From Perna viridis (lineage: Eukaryota), in assembly GCA_037379345.1 (NCBI GenBank), contig CM074511.1, forward strand, positions 35,594,862 through 35,658,861: a DNA stretch of 64,000 nucleotides, written 5' to 3'. A program made the translations under genes and the position numbers. Shown in pieces: positions 63,421 to 64,000 of the stretch. The stretch's first letter is position 1, and each line of letters starts with the position of its first letter. The notes beneath the pieces are model-generated. The model searched no databases and was not told where the DNA came from. It saw only the letters and a program-made list of their open reading frames with translations.

Positions 63421-64000
63421 ATCATTCATAGTTTTAAGATAAGATACAAAATATAATATTGTATTCTTGGAAGTTTTATTGTTGGAAGCAAATTGTGTTT
63501 TGGAGGAAACATACTGCTAGTTTTGCAAAACATTCCTAAAATATCAAATAGCGAATGAAGTATTAAATTGTGTGTGTATGTGGAGGTATAATTACGAATG
63601 TCATAATTTGATCACACTGTAAAATCTAATCTGGATTGTCTGGTACCAAGCTTTCGAAGTCAAGAACAGACTGGTGCTATGATTTCATATGGGAGATCAT
63701 GTTCTCTCTTCCTAGCTGAGTCACACTAAAATTGGTAGACACACCTCCACCAAGCAAGGGGTATGGAGGAGATAGTGACAACTGACAGAATTTGTTCATG
63801 TAGGATGACCTGCAGGCTTTTGCTTCTATAAATTAGCACTGTTGTTTCGTCAAACATTCTCGTCCTAAAATGCATTTAATAATTGCCATAGGACGTAAAA
63901 TTACAATCAACAAATATTTAAATCAAGGAATATCACTGGAAAATTTAAAATAGTCTGTCCATTTAGCACCCTATAAAACCTTGTTCAACCCACCTTTCAT

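Overview
AT-rich, CpG-depleted, intron-rich animal genomic DNA, probably a bivalve mollusc (Mytilus-like; inferred from remembered repeat families, not verified). Two spliced genes lie head-to-head with only about 1.24 kb between their start codons. (1) Minus strand: the 5' part of an SSDP/SSBP2-3-4 family gene (LDB1/Chip cofactor). Nine coding exons run from 57093 down to 9111 and give 198 aa: the LisH/LUFS domain plus the start of the Pro/Gly/Met-rich region. No further exon was found in 1-9110, so the gene probably continues left of the window. (2) Plus strand: a complete six-exon ATG10 (autophagy E2-like enzyme), 58338-62803, 202 aa, with the catalytic HPC motif. All exons were assembled by hand from GT-AG sites with consistent phases; most entries in the ORF track are spurious. 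The SSBP introns between about 27 and 56 kb carry MITEs, decayed SINEs, a Penelope-like RT remnant and three minisatellites, whereas about 1-26.5 kb looks nearly free of recognisable repeats. The most notable points are the apparently ancient SSBP-ATG10 divergent pair, a 9 x 53-bp intronic array carrying nine perfect TACTAAC motifs in the pre-mRNA sense, a candidate 9-nt microexon, and a 42-nt exon resembling a Drosophila Ssdp segment. No prokaryotic-type system such as CRISPR is present, and I cannot support a claim of a wholly new system.
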